The notes under the pieces: generated by a model
Seen by the model: the letters and a program-made list of their open reading frames with translations, nothing else
Told to the model about the DNA's origin: nothing
The model's database searches: none
Source of the DNA: Mycobacterium sp.
GTDB taxonomy: Bacteria; Actinomycetota; Actinomycetes; Mycobacteriales; Mycobacteriaceae
Assembly: GCA_049683935.1 (NCBI GenBank)
Contig: JBAUJR010000071.1
Length of the DNA stretch: 64,000 nucleotides
Reading direction: 5' to 3' (one strand)
Position numbers and translations under genes: made by a program
In this document: one piece after another, positions 40,342 to 49,915 of the stretch
Numbering within the stretch: position 1 is the first letter of the stretch
Layout of the letters: every line of letters starts with the position of its first letter

Positions 40342-41978
40342 TCCTTTGTCTGACAGCGGCTTTCATGGACCGCGCCCGTCTTTGAGCGAGTCGCCTTCGG
40401 GTGAGCCCCCGTCTTCGGGTGGGTCGTGTTCGGGCAGGAGGTATCGCTGGGGGTGGTGGTAGTTGTTGATGCGGGTTTGGCCGGTGTCGAGGTCTGGTGG
40501 TGGGATCCATTCGGTGTCGCCGTGGTTGTTTTTGCGGGTGGTCCAGCCGGTCTTCTCGATGAGCCGGTTGTCGGGGCCGCAGGCGAAGGTGAGGTCGTCG
40601 ATGTTGGTCTGGCCGTCGTTTTTCCAGTCGGCGACTGCGTGATGGACCTGGCTGTTGTAGCCGCACACGGTGCACCCGGGGCGGGTGCAGCCTCGTTCCT
40701 TGGCGTGCAACACGATTCGTTGCGCCGCCGACGCCAACCGTTTGGTGCGCCCGAGGTACAGCGATTCTTTGGTGTGGTGGTCGTAGATGTAGAGGTAGTG
40801 ATGGGCGCCCCGGGCGGCCATCCGGATCAGTGTCGGGATGGGCAGTTTGGATCCGCCGCCGGTGACCGCCAACCCGGCACCTTGCTCGAGGTCCTGCAGG
40901 GTCGTCGACACGATCACCGTGACCGGCAACCCGTTGTGGGTGCCCAGGTTCCCCGAGGCCAGCGCGGCCCGGCCCACGGCTTTGAACGCATCATGGTTGC
41001 GTTGGGCCTGGGTTCGGGTATCGGACCCAGCCCGCGGCTCACCGGCCCCGCCGTCGGCCCCGCCGTCGGCACCGGGTTCGCCGTCGGCACCGGCCTCGCC
41101 CTCGTCAGGCTCGTCGTCTGGGATGTTGGCACCGGGGGCGGCTTCTTTGGCCAGGATCGCCTCCCAGTAGGAGCCGGCCTCGGCGTCCAGGCGCCCGCGG
41201 ATCGACCTGGTCCCGTCACGCTGCTGTTTACCCAGCACGATGCCGCGGGTGCGGGCCTGCTCCTTCTCGCACGGTTCGGGGCCGTCCTGATCGATCATCA
41301 TCAACAACGCCCCGGCCGCTTCGTCCAACGCTTCGGGTCCCAATCCGGCAGCCTTGCTGGCCAACTGGGCCTCCGCGTCCACCCGGGTGCCCACATCGAC
41401 CCAGGACGGCAGCAATTTGTGGAACCCGGCGATGATCTCCACATGCTCGGCCCCGATCGACCCTCGAGCCTGGGCGGCGGCGGTCGCCTCCCACACCGGC
41501 GCCAACGGTTGCCCGGTCAACGACCGGCGCGGCCCCAACACCGCGGCCTCGCGCAACCGGCGTTTGGCGTCTTTGCTGCTGACCCGCAACGCCGTCGTGA
41601 GCACCTTCGGCCACGACGACTCCCCCAACCGGTGCGGTTCGGTCTCCGCGACAAGCCGGCTGAGCACGCGATGCTCCAACGCCGGGATCGACCGAGCGAT
41701 CGTGGTCACCTCGGCCAGCAGCCCGACCAACTCGCGATGCGACACCACCTCACACGCCTGGTGCAGGATCTCCAGCTGAGACCTGATCGCCGCGACCGCG
41801 TCCGACACCTCACCCATGAATCGAACACTAGTTCGAACCACCGACAAATCCGGTACTCGATGTGACTCCAGAAACCACAGTGACACAAGAGGTTTGATGG
41901 CGTACCCGGGCTGAGCGTTGACTCGCACCAAAGATAAAAGTAACGTCAGTTTCACTTTTGGTCGTCACAGGAGCTCCC
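40342..41978. mobile_element. Possible REP13E12-like insertion carrying the DUF222/HNH gene (boundaries undefined)
   Basis: It is the only minus-strand gene between two plus-strand metabolic operons. It has its own upstream region, with TCGAAC-ACTAGT-TCGAAC at 41823-41840 and an AT-rich stretch at 41930-41960. I could find no terminal repeats or target duplication by eye. Confidence 0.3.
40363..41817 (-). CDS. DUF222 / HNH-endonuclease protein (REP13E12 family)
   Basis: Start is ATG 41817 (MGEVSDAVAAIRSQLE...). The N-terminal part is DUF222-like. The C-terminal HNH region reads RGCTRPGCTVCGYNSQVHHAVADWKNDGQTNIDDLTFACGPDN. An internal Gly/Ala/Asp/Glu/Pro low-complexity linker is present. Confidence 0.85.
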   Translation of the reverse strand: MGEVSDAVAAIRSQLEILHQACEVVSHRELVGLLAEVTTIARSIPALEHRVLSRLVAETEPHRLGESSWPKVLTTALRVSSKDAKRRLREAAVLGPRRSLTGQPLAPVWEATAAAQARGSIGAEHVEIIAGFHKLLPSWVDVGTRVDAEAQLASKAAGLGPEALDEAAGALLMMIDQDGPEPCEKEQARTRGIVLGKQQRDGTRSIRGRLDAEAGSYWEAILAKEAAPGANIPDDEPDEGEAGADGEPGADGGADGGAGEPRAGSDTRTQAQRNHDAFKAVGRAALASGNLGTHNGLPVTVIVSTTLQDLEQGAGLAVTGGGSKLPIPTLIRMAARGAHHYLYIYDHHTKESLYLGRTKRLASAAQRIVLHAKERGCTRPGCTVCGYNSQVHHAVADWKNDGQTNIDDLTFACGPDNRLIEKTGWTTRKNNHGDTEWIPPPDLDTGQTRINNYHHPQRYLLPEHDPPEDGGSPEGDSLKDGRGP

Positions 41979-43082
41979 ATGGAATCGTTTGTCCACTTAC
42001 GCAAAGGCACAACACCCCGTCGCCTGCACGCCGACCTCGACGGCCTCAAGGACGACGAACTCGGCCGCGGCGGATTCGTCGGTCGCACGGCCAACCTGTA
42101 TCGCCGCCACGATCCGACGGCATACCGCTCGGTGGGGCCATTGCGGCCCGTCGACGTGTTGTCGAGCGAACTCAAGCCCGGGGACGCCACCGATGCCGAC
42201 GGCGGTCCCCTGCTGATGTTCTCCAATGCCGACTGCGAGGTGCTGCTGTCCCGGCGCGCTGAACCGATGCCGTACTTCGCGCGCCACATCGACGGCGACC
42301 TGCTGTGCTTCGTGCACGAGGGCGACGGTCTCATCGAGACCGAGTTCGGACCACTGCGCTACCGCAAGGGTGACTGGATCTACCTGCCGAAGGCGTGCAC
42401 GTGGCGCCACGTCCCCGACGATCAGTGCACCTGGCTGATGATCCAGGCCACCGACGACTTCAGGGTGCCGCCGCCCGGCCAACTCGGCCGTCATTTCCCC
42501 TTCGACCCTTCCCAAGCGGTCATCCCCGATCCCCAACCCTTCGACGACGACGGCCGGGACGAATACGAGGTTCGGCTGGTTCACTCGCCGATCGACGGAG
42601 CCGGCACCACTTCGCTTTTCTACCAACACCATCCGCTCGACGTCGAGGGCTGGCGCGGCGACAACTTCGCGTTCACCTTCAACATCGACGACTACAACGT
42701 GGTGACCTCCGACAGCGTCCACCTCCCGCCGACAGTGCACCTGTTCATGCAGGCCACCGGCGTGTACGTGATGAACTTCCTGCCCAAGCCGGCCGAAGGG
42801 GTGGCGGGCACCGAACGCACCCCGTGGTATCACCGCAACGTGGACTTCGACGAGATCGCGTTCTTCCACGGCGGCTCGCTCTACGGCATCCCGATGCCGC
42901 CCGGGCTGATCTCGCATGCGCCGCAGGGGGTTCATCACGGGGCACCGGAGAAGGCCCGGGAGAGGGCTCGGCGCAAGTTCGACGATTTCCAGTCCGTGGA
43001 CTGGCGGGTGATCGCGATCGACACCCGGCGGCGACTGGTTCCGTCGGCCGTGGTGCTGGCGAACGACCTCGGGCAGCACTAG
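41979..43082 (+). CDS. Homogentisate-1,2-dioxygenase-family cupin protein (short variant)
   Basis: Start is ATG 41979 (MESFVHLRKG...). It contains TPWYHRNVDFDEIAFFHGG...LISHAPQGVHHG, which resembles the HGD metal-site region. At 367 aa it is shorter than canonical HmgA. Confidence 0.65.
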   Translation: MESFVHLRKGTTPRRLHADLDGLKDDELGRGGFVGRTANLYRRHDPTAYRSVGPLRPVDVLSSELKPGDATDADGGPLLMFSNADCEVLLSRRAEPMPYFARHIDGDLLCFVHEGDGLIETEFGPLRYRKGDWIYLPKACTWRHVPDDQCTWLMIQATDDFRVPPPGQLGRHFPFDPSQAVIPDPQPFDDDGRDEYEVRLVHSPIDGAGTTSLFYQHHPLDVEGWRGDNFAFTFNIDDYNVVTSDSVHLPPTVHLFMQATGVYVMNFLPKPAEGVAGTERTPWYHRNVDFDEIAFFHGGSLYGIPMPPGLISHAPQGVHHGAPEKARERARRKFDDFQSVDWRVIAIDTRRRLVPSAVVLANDLGQH

Positions 43083-44276
43083 ATGGGGACCGCCGCGACC
43101 TCCGTCAAGCACGACTACCAGCGCATCCCGTATCTGGTTGCCTACCAGAACAACTCAGACGTCCGCGATGTGTACGGCGGTGTCGCCGAGCTGGTGGTGC
43201 TGGAGAGCTATCTGCTCAAACCGGCCGTGCCGTCGGACACCGTGCTGGTGTTCATGCATCCCATCGGTGGTGGTGCCTACCTGCCGATGATCAACGCCCT
43301 GGCCCGCGCCGGGCACCACGTCATCTACTGCAACAGCCGGTTCCGGGGCACCGACTCGGCGCTGTTGATGGAGAAGGTCGTCGAGGACCTCGGCGAGTGC
43401 ATCAAGGACGCCAAGAATCGACTCGGCTACGCAAAGGTGGTGCTCGCCGGCTGGAGTGGCGGCGGGTCGCTGTCGATGTTCTACCAGCAGCAGGCGCAGC
43501 ATCCGACGGTGACGGCCAGCCCATCCGGCGATGGTCCCGATCTGACGAAGCTCGGGCTGATCCCGGCCGACGGCATCATGCTGCTCGCCGCGCACATCAG
43601 CAGGCACGGCACCATGACCGAGTGGATGGACGCCTCCATCCTCGATGAGAGTGACCCCACCCGACGGGATCCCGAACTCGATCTCTACAACCCCGCCAAC
43701 CCCAACCAACCGCCGTATACGCCGGAATTCCTCGAGCGTTATCACCAGGCGCAGGTGGCGCGGAACCGCCGGATCACGGCGTGGGTCAAGGCCAAACTCG
43801 CCGAACTCGAGGCACAGGGACGACCCGATGACGAGTTCGCGTTCGTCGTGCACGGCACGATGGCGGACCCACGATGGCTCGACCCGACCGTCGATCCCAA
43901 CGAACGCACACCGGGAACCTGCTATCTGGGTGATCCTCAGGTGGTGAACATGAGTCCGGTGGGCCTGGCGCGGTTCTGCACACTGCGCAGTTGGCTGTCG
44001 CAGTGGAGCTACGACGACGCCCGCGGCGACGCCGTGACGTGCGGACCTGATATCGCAGTGCCGGCGTTGGTGATCGGTAACCTCGCAGACGATGCCTGCA
44101 CACCGAGTCACACCCGTCGGATCTTCGAGGCGATCGGACACCCCGACAAGGAGATGCACGAGATCACCGGCGCCAACCACTACTACGCCGGGCCTGATCA
44201 GCGCGACAAACTGCGCGAGGCTGTCGGCATCGCCACCGACTGGCTGGTACGTCACGATTTCGCGGTAGCCCGGTGA
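43083..44276 (+). CDS. Alpha/beta hydrolase
   Basis: 397 aa. The ATG immediately follows the upstream TAG. The nucleophile elbow is GWSGGG, and the C-terminus has GNLADD and GANHYY. Confidence 0.7.
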   Translation: MGTAATSVKHDYQRIPYLVAYQNNSDVRDVYGGVAELVVLESYLLKPAVPSDTVLVFMHPIGGGAYLPMINALARAGHHVIYCNSRFRGTDSALLMEKVVEDLGECIKDAKNRLGYAKVVLAGWSGGGSLSMFYQQQAQHPTVTASPSGDGPDLTKLGLIPADGIMLLAAHISRHGTMTEWMDASILDESDPTRRDPELDLYNPANPNQPPYTPEFLERYHQAQVARNRRITAWVKAKLAELEAQGRPDDEFAFVVHGTMADPRWLDPTVDPNERTPGTCYLGDPQVVNMSPVGLARFCTLRSWLSQWSYDDARGDAVTCGPDIAVPALVIGNLADDACTPSHTRRIFEAIGHPDKEMHEITGANHYYAGPDQRDKLREAVGIATDWLVRHDFAVAR

Positions 44277-45481
44277 CCACATCGACGGGGCCCCTCGACG
44301 GGATCCGGGTCATCGAGGTCGGAACGCTGATCTCGGGGCCGTTCGCCGGTCGACTGCTCGGCGACATGGGCGCGGAAGTCATCAAGATCGAGCCCCCTGG
44401 CGCGCCGGATCCGCTGCGCACCTGGGGGCAGGCCGAACTCGACGGACACCACTTCTTCTGGACGGTGCACGCGCGCAACAAGAAGTCCGTCACCCTCAAC
44501 CTGCGTGAGGAGAAGGGACGAGACCTCTTCCTCGAACTCGTCGACCACAGCGACGTCATCGTCGAGAACTTCCGGCCCGGCACTCTGGAGAAGTGGGGCC
44601 TGGGCTACGACGCACTGCACAACCGCAACCGCGGCATCATCCTGGTGCGGGTGTCCGGGTACGGACAGACCGGGCCGGACGCCCACAAAGCCGGCTATGC
44701 CTCGGTCGCCGAAGCCGCCAGCGGCCTTCGCCACATGAACGGGTTTCCCGGCGGCCCTCCCCCGCGACTGGCGCTGTCGTTGGGTGACAGCCTGGCCGGG
44801 ATGTTCGCCGCCCAGGGCGCGTTGGCCGCGCTGTACCGCCGCTCGGTTTCCGGCGAGGGCCAGATTGTCGACGCGGCACTGACCGAATCATGCTTGGCGG
44901 TACAGGAATCCACGATTCCCGACTACGACGTCGGCGGGGTGGTCCGCGGGCCCTCCGGCACCCGGCTGGAAGGTATCGCGCCGTCGAACATCTATCCGAC
45001 CGCGGACGGCAGCTGGGTGGTGATCGCCGCCAACCAGGACACCGTCTTCCGCAGGTTGTGCGGGGCCATGGGCCAACCTGAACTCTCGACCGACGAGAGA
45101 TTCGCCAATCATGTTGCGCGGGGTCGTAACCAGGACGAGCTCGACACGATCATCGGTTCCTGGGCCGCGGAGCGCCACCCTGCCGACATCATCGCCACCC
45201 TCTCGGGGGCAGGGGTGATCAGCGGTCCTATCAACACCGTCGCCGAGGTGGTCGAGGATCCGCAGCTACAGGCCCGCGGCATGATCGCCGACCACTGGGA
45301 CGAGCGCATCGGACGCAACGTCAAGGGGCCCGGAGTGGTGCCGGTCCTCTCCGAGACCCCGGGAACCATCCGGCACGCCGGGTCGGCCAGCCCCGGTCAG
45401 CACAACGACGAGATCTATCACGGCCTGCTCGGTAAGAGCCACGCCGAAATCGAGACACTGCGATCGGAGGGCGTGCTGTGA
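44273..45481 (+). CDS. Family III CoA-transferase (CaiB/BaiF)
   Basis: 402 aa with GTGA overlap to the previous gene. It contains GIRVIEVGTLISGPFAGRLLGDMGAEVIKIEPP. Confidence 0.9.
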   Translation: MTTSTGPLDGIRVIEVGTLISGPFAGRLLGDMGAEVIKIEPPGAPDPLRTWGQAELDGHHFFWTVHARNKKSVTLNLREEKGRDLFLELVDHSDVIVENFRPGTLEKWGLGYDALHNRNRGIILVRVSGYGQTGPDAHKAGYASVAEAASGLRHMNGFPGGPPPRLALSLGDSLAGMFAAQGALAALYRRSVSGEGQIVDAALTESCLAVQESTIPDYDVGGVVRGPSGTRLEGIAPSNIYPTADGSWVVIAANQDTVFRRLCGAMGQPELSTDERFANHVARGRNQDELDTIIGSWAAERHPADIIATLSGAGVISGPINTVAEVVEDPQLQARGMIADHWDERIGRNVKGPGVVPVLSETPGTIRHAGSASPGQHNDEIYHGLLGKSHAEIETLRSEGVL

Positions 45482-46383
45482 GCGAACCACCTGCCCACGT
45501 CGACATCAGGGATGTGTCCCTGCGTGACGGGCTGCAGATCGAGGACCCGATTCCGTTGTCGGCCAAACTCGATCTGCTCGCCGCCATCGCCGCGACGGGG
45601 GTGCGGGAGATGGAGGCGACAGCCTTCGTGTCGCCGTCGAAGGTGCCCGCGCTGGCCGATGCGGCCGAGCTTGCCGCTGAGTTGCACCACTTCGGCGACA
45701 TCGAGTTCTCCGCGCTCGTGGCCAGTCCCAACGGGGCCAAGCGCGCGATCGCCGCCGGACTGAGGTCGATCGAATACGTGGTGTCGGCAGCCGACGGACA
45801 CAGCCGCGCCAACGTGGGTCGGACATCGGACGAGGCGACGGCACAGATCCGGGAGATCGTCGCGATCGCCCACGACAGCGACGTCACTGTCGAGGTCATC
45901 GTCGCCACCGCATGGGACTGCCCGTTCGACGGTCCGACGGATCCGCAGCGGGTGCTGGACGTCGTCGCCGCCGGCACCGAAGCCGGGGTGGACCGACTCG
46001 CCATCGCCGACACCATCGGAACCGCCACGCCACGGCGGGTGCGCGACCTGATCGCCCTGGTCCGGCCGAGGATCGGTGACATCCCGCTCGGTGCACACTT
46101 CCACAACACCCGCGGTAGCGGATTGGCCAGTGCCTACGCGGCCGTCAGCGCCGGCGTCACCCGCCTCGACGCTTCGGTCGGTGGCCTCGGCGGCTGCCCG
46201 TTCGCCCCCGGCGCGAGTGGCAACATCGCCATCGAAGATCTGGTCTACCTGCTGCGCGACAGCGGAATTCACGTCGATGTGGACTTGCAGGCCGCCATCG
46301 CCGCCGCACGCGTCGCGCAGGACGCGGTCGGCCATGACCTGCCCAGTGCGCTGCTGCGGGCCGGCGACCGGAAGCTGGGCTAG
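45478..46383 (+). CDS. HMG-CoA-lyase-like (HMGL family) lyase
   Basis: 301 aa with GTGA overlap. It contains DVSLRDGLQ, HFHNTRG and GGCPFAPGASGN. Confidence 0.85.
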   Translation: MSEPPAHVDIRDVSLRDGLQIEDPIPLSAKLDLLAAIAATGVREMEATAFVSPSKVPALADAAELAAELHHFGDIEFSALVASPNGAKRAIAAGLRSIEYVVSAADGHSRANVGRTSDEATAQIREIVAIAHDSDVTVEVIVATAWDCPFDGPTDPQRVLDVVAAGTEAGVDRLAIADTIGTATPRRVRDLIALVRPRIGDIPLGAHFHNTRGSGLASAYAAVSAGVTRLDASVGGLGGCPFAPGASGNIAIEDLVYLLRDSGIHVDVDLQAAIAAARVAQDAVGHDLPSALLRAGDRKLG

Positions 46384-46388
46384 CGGCC

Positions 46389-47009
46389 GTGCCGCCCCCG
46401 ACGTCGGGAACGTTGAGCGCCAAGGGGCGTCAGACACAGCTGGCCATCGAGCAGGCGGCTCGGAAACTGTTCGCCGAGCACGGTTTCCACGGCACCACGC
46501 TTGGTGACATCACTTCCGCCGCGGGCAAGTCACCCGCCGCGTTCTACCGGTACTTCACCGACAAGGAGGATCTGCTGGCGGCGCTGGCCCAGTCGTTCCT
46601 GCGGGAGGTCGTGACGCCGTCGGGGCTGAGCCTGCAGCTGCCCGACTCCCCCGACGACGACGCCTTCTTCACCGCGGTGGTCTCCGGCTATTGGACGATG
46701 TTCAAGCAGAACATCGGAATCATGATCGCTGTGGCACAGCTGGCGACCACCCAGCCGCGCTTCGCACAGGTGCAGAACGAGTTCCGCCGCTTCGGCATCG
46801 ACATCGTCGCCGCCTCGGTGCGCCGCGCCCAGGAGCAGGGATATGGCGCTGACCTGAATCCCGAGTACACCGCCGCCGCGATTGCGCTGCTGTTCGAGAA
46901 CTTCACCACAGTCTTCGTCGGTACGCCCGATCTGGGACTCGACATCAACGACGAGGACGCGGTCACCACACTGGCGCGTATCTGGAAGAGAACGCTGTAC
47001 GGGTTTTAG
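46389..47009 (+). CDS. TetR family transcriptional regulator
   Basis: 206 aa. The GTG lies 5 nt after the lyase stop. The HTH is TTLGDITSAAGKSPAAFYRYFTDKEDL. Confidence 0.85.
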   Translation: MPPPTSGTLSAKGRQTQLAIEQAARKLFAEHGFHGTTLGDITSAAGKSPAAFYRYFTDKEDLLAALAQSFLREVVTPSGLSLQLPDSPDDDAFFTAVVSGYWTMFKQNIGIMIAVAQLATTQPRFAQVQNEFRRFGIDIVAASVRRAQEQGYGADLNPEYTAAAIALLFENFTTVFVGTPDLGLDINDEDAVTTLARIWKRTLYGF

Positions 47010-47045
47010 CACGACTGTCAACGGGGACCGTCCAAAGGAGAAATT

Positions 47046-48284
47046 GTGGATTTCAGCCTGCCTGACCATCTTCCCGGGCTGCTGGCCGACATGGATGCGT
47101 TCATCGAGGCGGAGATCAAACCGCTCGAGCGCGAACACATCCAGTACTTCGACCAGCGCCGCGAGTATGCCCGCACCGACTGGGACAACGACGGCATCCC
47201 GCGACGGGAGTGGGAGGATCTGCTCGGCGAGATGCGAAGACGAGCCGACAAGGGGGGTTGGCTGCGCTACGGGCTGCCGTCACGGTTCGGCGGCCGCGAC
47301 GGCAGCAACATCGACATGGCGGTCATCCGAGAACATCTGGCGCATAAGGGACTCGGTCTGCACAACGACCTGCAGGACGAGTCCTCGATCGTGGGCAACT
47401 TCCCCCAGGTGATCATGATGGACCGGTTCGGCACCGAGACCCAGAAGAAGGAATGGACCGAAGCCCTGATCACCGGGGAACGGTCGATGGCGTTCGGGCT
47501 CACCGAGCCCAATCACGGATCGGACGCCACCTGGCTGGAGACCCGCGCTGTTCAGGACGGCGACGAATGGGTCATCAACGGCGCCAAACGATTCAACACC
47601 GGCGTGCACCGGGCGACCCATGACCTGGTGTTCGCACGAACCTCGGGCGACCAGGGTCAGGCCAGAGGCATCAGCGCGTTCCTGGTGCCGACCGATACCC
47701 CGGGGTTCTCCGTCCCGTACTACTGGTGGACGTTCAACATGCCCACCGATCACGGCGAGGTTCTGCTGCAAGATGTGCGGGTGCCTGCCGACGCGGCGCT
47801 CGGCGAGGTGGACCGCGGCCTCGAGGTCGGGCAGACGTTTCTGCACGAGAACAGGATTCGACAGGCAGCCAGCAGTCTCGGCGCGGCCCAGTACTGCATC
47901 GACCGCGCCGTCGGGTACGCGAAGGAGCGCTCGGTGTTCGGCAAGCCGCTGGCGGTCAATCAGGCGGTGCAGTGGCCGTTAGTGGAGCTTCAGACCGAGG
48001 CGCAGATGGTTCGGCTGCTGGTGCGCTATGCGGCGTCCGAGCTCGACCGCAATCACCACATGGAGGTCTCCGACAAGGTGTCGATGGCCAACTACCGCGC
48101 CAACCGCCTGGTGTGTGAGGCCGCCGACCGTGCGATGCAGGTGTTCGGCGGCGTGGGCTACAGCAGACACGAACCGTTCGAGCACATCTACCGGCACCAC
48201 CGCCGCTACCGGATCACCGAGGGCGCCGAGGAGATCCAGATCCGCCGGGTCGCGCAGCGGCTCTTCGGGTTCGGCCACAAGTGA
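47046..48284 (+). CDS. Acyl-CoA dehydrogenase
   Basis: 412 aa. GTG is preceded by AAAGGAGAA. It contains FGLTEPNHGSD and a C-terminal ITEGAEEIQIRRVAQRLFG. Confidence 0.85.
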   Translation: MDFSLPDHLPGLLADMDAFIEAEIKPLEREHIQYFDQRREYARTDWDNDGIPRREWEDLLGEMRRRADKGGWLRYGLPSRFGGRDGSNIDMAVIREHLAHKGLGLHNDLQDESSIVGNFPQVIMMDRFGTETQKKEWTEALITGERSMAFGLTEPNHGSDATWLETRAVQDGDEWVINGAKRFNTGVHRATHDLVFARTSGDQGQARGISAFLVPTDTPGFSVPYYWWTFNMPTDHGEVLLQDVRVPADAALGEVDRGLEVGQTFLHENRIRQAASSLGAAQYCIDRAVGYAKERSVFGKPLAVNQAVQWPLVELQTEAQMVRLLVRYAASELDRNHHMEVSDKVSMANYRANRLVCEAADRAMQVFGGVGYSRHEPFEHIYRHHRRYRITEGAEEIQIRRVAQRLFGFGHK

Positions 48285-49249
48285 CCGACACACTGGCCAG
48301 GGCGCTGGAACGGGTGCTCCACCCGATTGTGGGAGAAGTGAGCGTCGAGAACCTGCAGCCGCTCACCGGCGGAGCGAGCAGGATCACCTGGGCGTTCGAC
48401 GCGGTGGCGGACACACGTCGCGCCCTGATCCTTCGCACCGGTGCCGACGACGACCTGCACGCCGGTATGGAGTTGGAGGCGTCGGTGCAGCGGCGTGCTG
48501 CTGCCGCGGGTGCACCGGTCCCCCATGTGCTGACCGCCGACAACTCCCCGGCCGCCCTGGGCAACCCGTATCTGATCTGTGACGCCGTCGCCGGCGAGAC
48601 GATCGCACCCCGGATCCTCCGCAGGCTCGACGACGCGGGTCGGGCACGACTGCTCGAGCAGTGCGCCGCAGCGCTCGCGGCCATCCACCATGCCGATCCG
48701 GACGGCATCGGGTTGACATCGTCGGATGAGCTGGCCGGTTGGCGCGCCCGCCTCGATGAGATGGGTGACACCACAGCCCCTTTCGAATGGGCGTTTCGCC
48801 GCTTGGCGGAGCAGCGCCCCGCAGCGTCGCCGATGCGGCTGGTGCACGGCGACTTCCGGATGGGGAACCTGATCGTCGACGACTCCGGCCTCGCGGCGGT
48901 CCTCGACTGGGAGCTGACACACCTCGGCGAGGTCTACGAGGACTTGGCATGGTTCTGCATCCGGGCGTGGCGGTTCGGCGCGCCGCAGACACTCGGTGCG
49001 GGCGGGATCGGCAGCGTCGAGGCATTCCTGCGCGCGTACGAAGTCGCTTCGGGGACGGCCGTCGACCGCGGCGCCTTCCGCTGGTGGTTGACGGTGGCGA
49101 CGTTGCGGTGGGGGGTCATCTGCCGGCACCAGGCCGAGCGGCACCTCTCCGGCGAGGCCCGGTCGGTGGAACTCGCGGCGATCGGTCGCCGGGTCAGCGA
49201 AACCGAATGGGACGTACTCGATCTGATGTCGGGAGGCGGACCGAGATGA
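48281..49249 (+). CDS. APH-family phosphotransferase (kinase-like fold)
   Basis: 322 aa with a 4-nt overlap with the ACAD gene. It contains LVHGDFRMGNLIV and VLDWELTHLGEVYEDLAW. Confidence 0.85.
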   Translation: MTDTLARALERVLHPIVGEVSVENLQPLTGGASRITWAFDAVADTRRALILRTGADDDLHAGMELEASVQRRAAAAGAPVPHVLTADNSPAALGNPYLICDAVAGETIAPRILRRLDDAGRARLLEQCAAALAAIHHADPDGIGLTSSDELAGWRARLDEMGDTTAPFEWAFRRLAEQRPAASPMRLVHGDFRMGNLIVDDSGLAAVLDWELTHLGEVYEDLAWFCIRAWRFGAPQTLGAGGIGSVEAFLRAYEVASGTAVDRGAFRWWLTVATLRWGVICRHQAERHLSGEARSVELAAIGRRVSETEWDVLDLMSGGGPR

Positions 49250-49584
49250 CAGCCTTGAACGGGCGCCCCACGGCGGCCGAACTCGTAGCGGCCGTCGCCG
49301 AGTTCCTCGACAACGACGTCCGCGCGGCGTGTAGCGGTCAGGTGGGGTTCCACGCCCGCGTCGCCGCCAACGTCCTGCGTATCGTCGAACGCGAACTGCT
49401 CGACGACACGGCCGACGCGGCGGTTGCCGCGCTGAACGATCTCGGATACGCCGACGAGGCCGAACTGTCCCACGCGATCCGCAGTGGCCTGCTGGATGAT
49501 CGCCCTGAGGACGTGATGGCGTGTTTGACGGCTCTGGTCCGTCACCGGTTGTCGATCGCCCACCCCGGCTACGAAGAAGTTTGA
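49246..49584 (+). CDS. Small conserved protein (DUF6285-like, from memory)
   Basis: ATG 49246 overlaps the APH stop (ATGA). The 112-aa product reads MTALNGRPTAAELVAAVAEFLDNDV... The track ORF 48787..49584 is an off-target extension. Confidence 0.6.
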   Translation: MTALNGRPTAAELVAAVAEFLDNDVRAACSGQVGFHARVAANVLRIVERELLDDTADAAVAALNDLGYADEAELSHAIRSGLLDDRPEDVMACLTALVRHRLSIAHPGYEEV

Positions 49585-49602
49585 CGAACGCGCACCGGTG
49601 AC

Positions 49603-49914
49603 TCAGTTCGACGAGGCCGCAGACCCTGGTCCGTAGGGCACCGCACCGGCAAGAATCCGCGCATCAACATCCGGGGTCAATCGCTGTGGAAGCGCACCGG
49701 CGCGAGTGCATACCCGCAGTACCTCTTCGGCGGATCCGGCAGTGAAGAGTGCATACACCGCGTCGTCGGCCGACACGGAGAGCACCAGAAGCAGCCGGGC
49801 TGAGAACTCCGTGGTCGCGACCGCAGCGCTGCAGGACTCCAGCAACGCGACGAACTTGGTGATCGCGGGGTCGGTGAATGCGGACCGGTGCCATTCGGCG
49901 AGGAAGTATCCCAT
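49603..49914 (-). CDS. Small hypothetical protein (possibly DUF4242-like), translationally coupled to the upstream LAL regulator
   Basis: 103 aa. The ATG at 49914 lies 1 nt after the regulator stop (49916-49918). The pattern MGYFLAEWHR...VYALFTAGSAEEVLRVCTRAGALPQRL loosely recalls DUF4242. Confidence 0.5.
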   Translation of the reverse strand: MGYFLAEWHRSAFTDPAITKFVALLESCSAAVATTEFSARLLLVLSVSADDAVYALFTAGSAEEVLRVCTRAGALPQRLTPDVDARILAGAVPYGPGSAASSN

Positions 49915-49915
49915 C

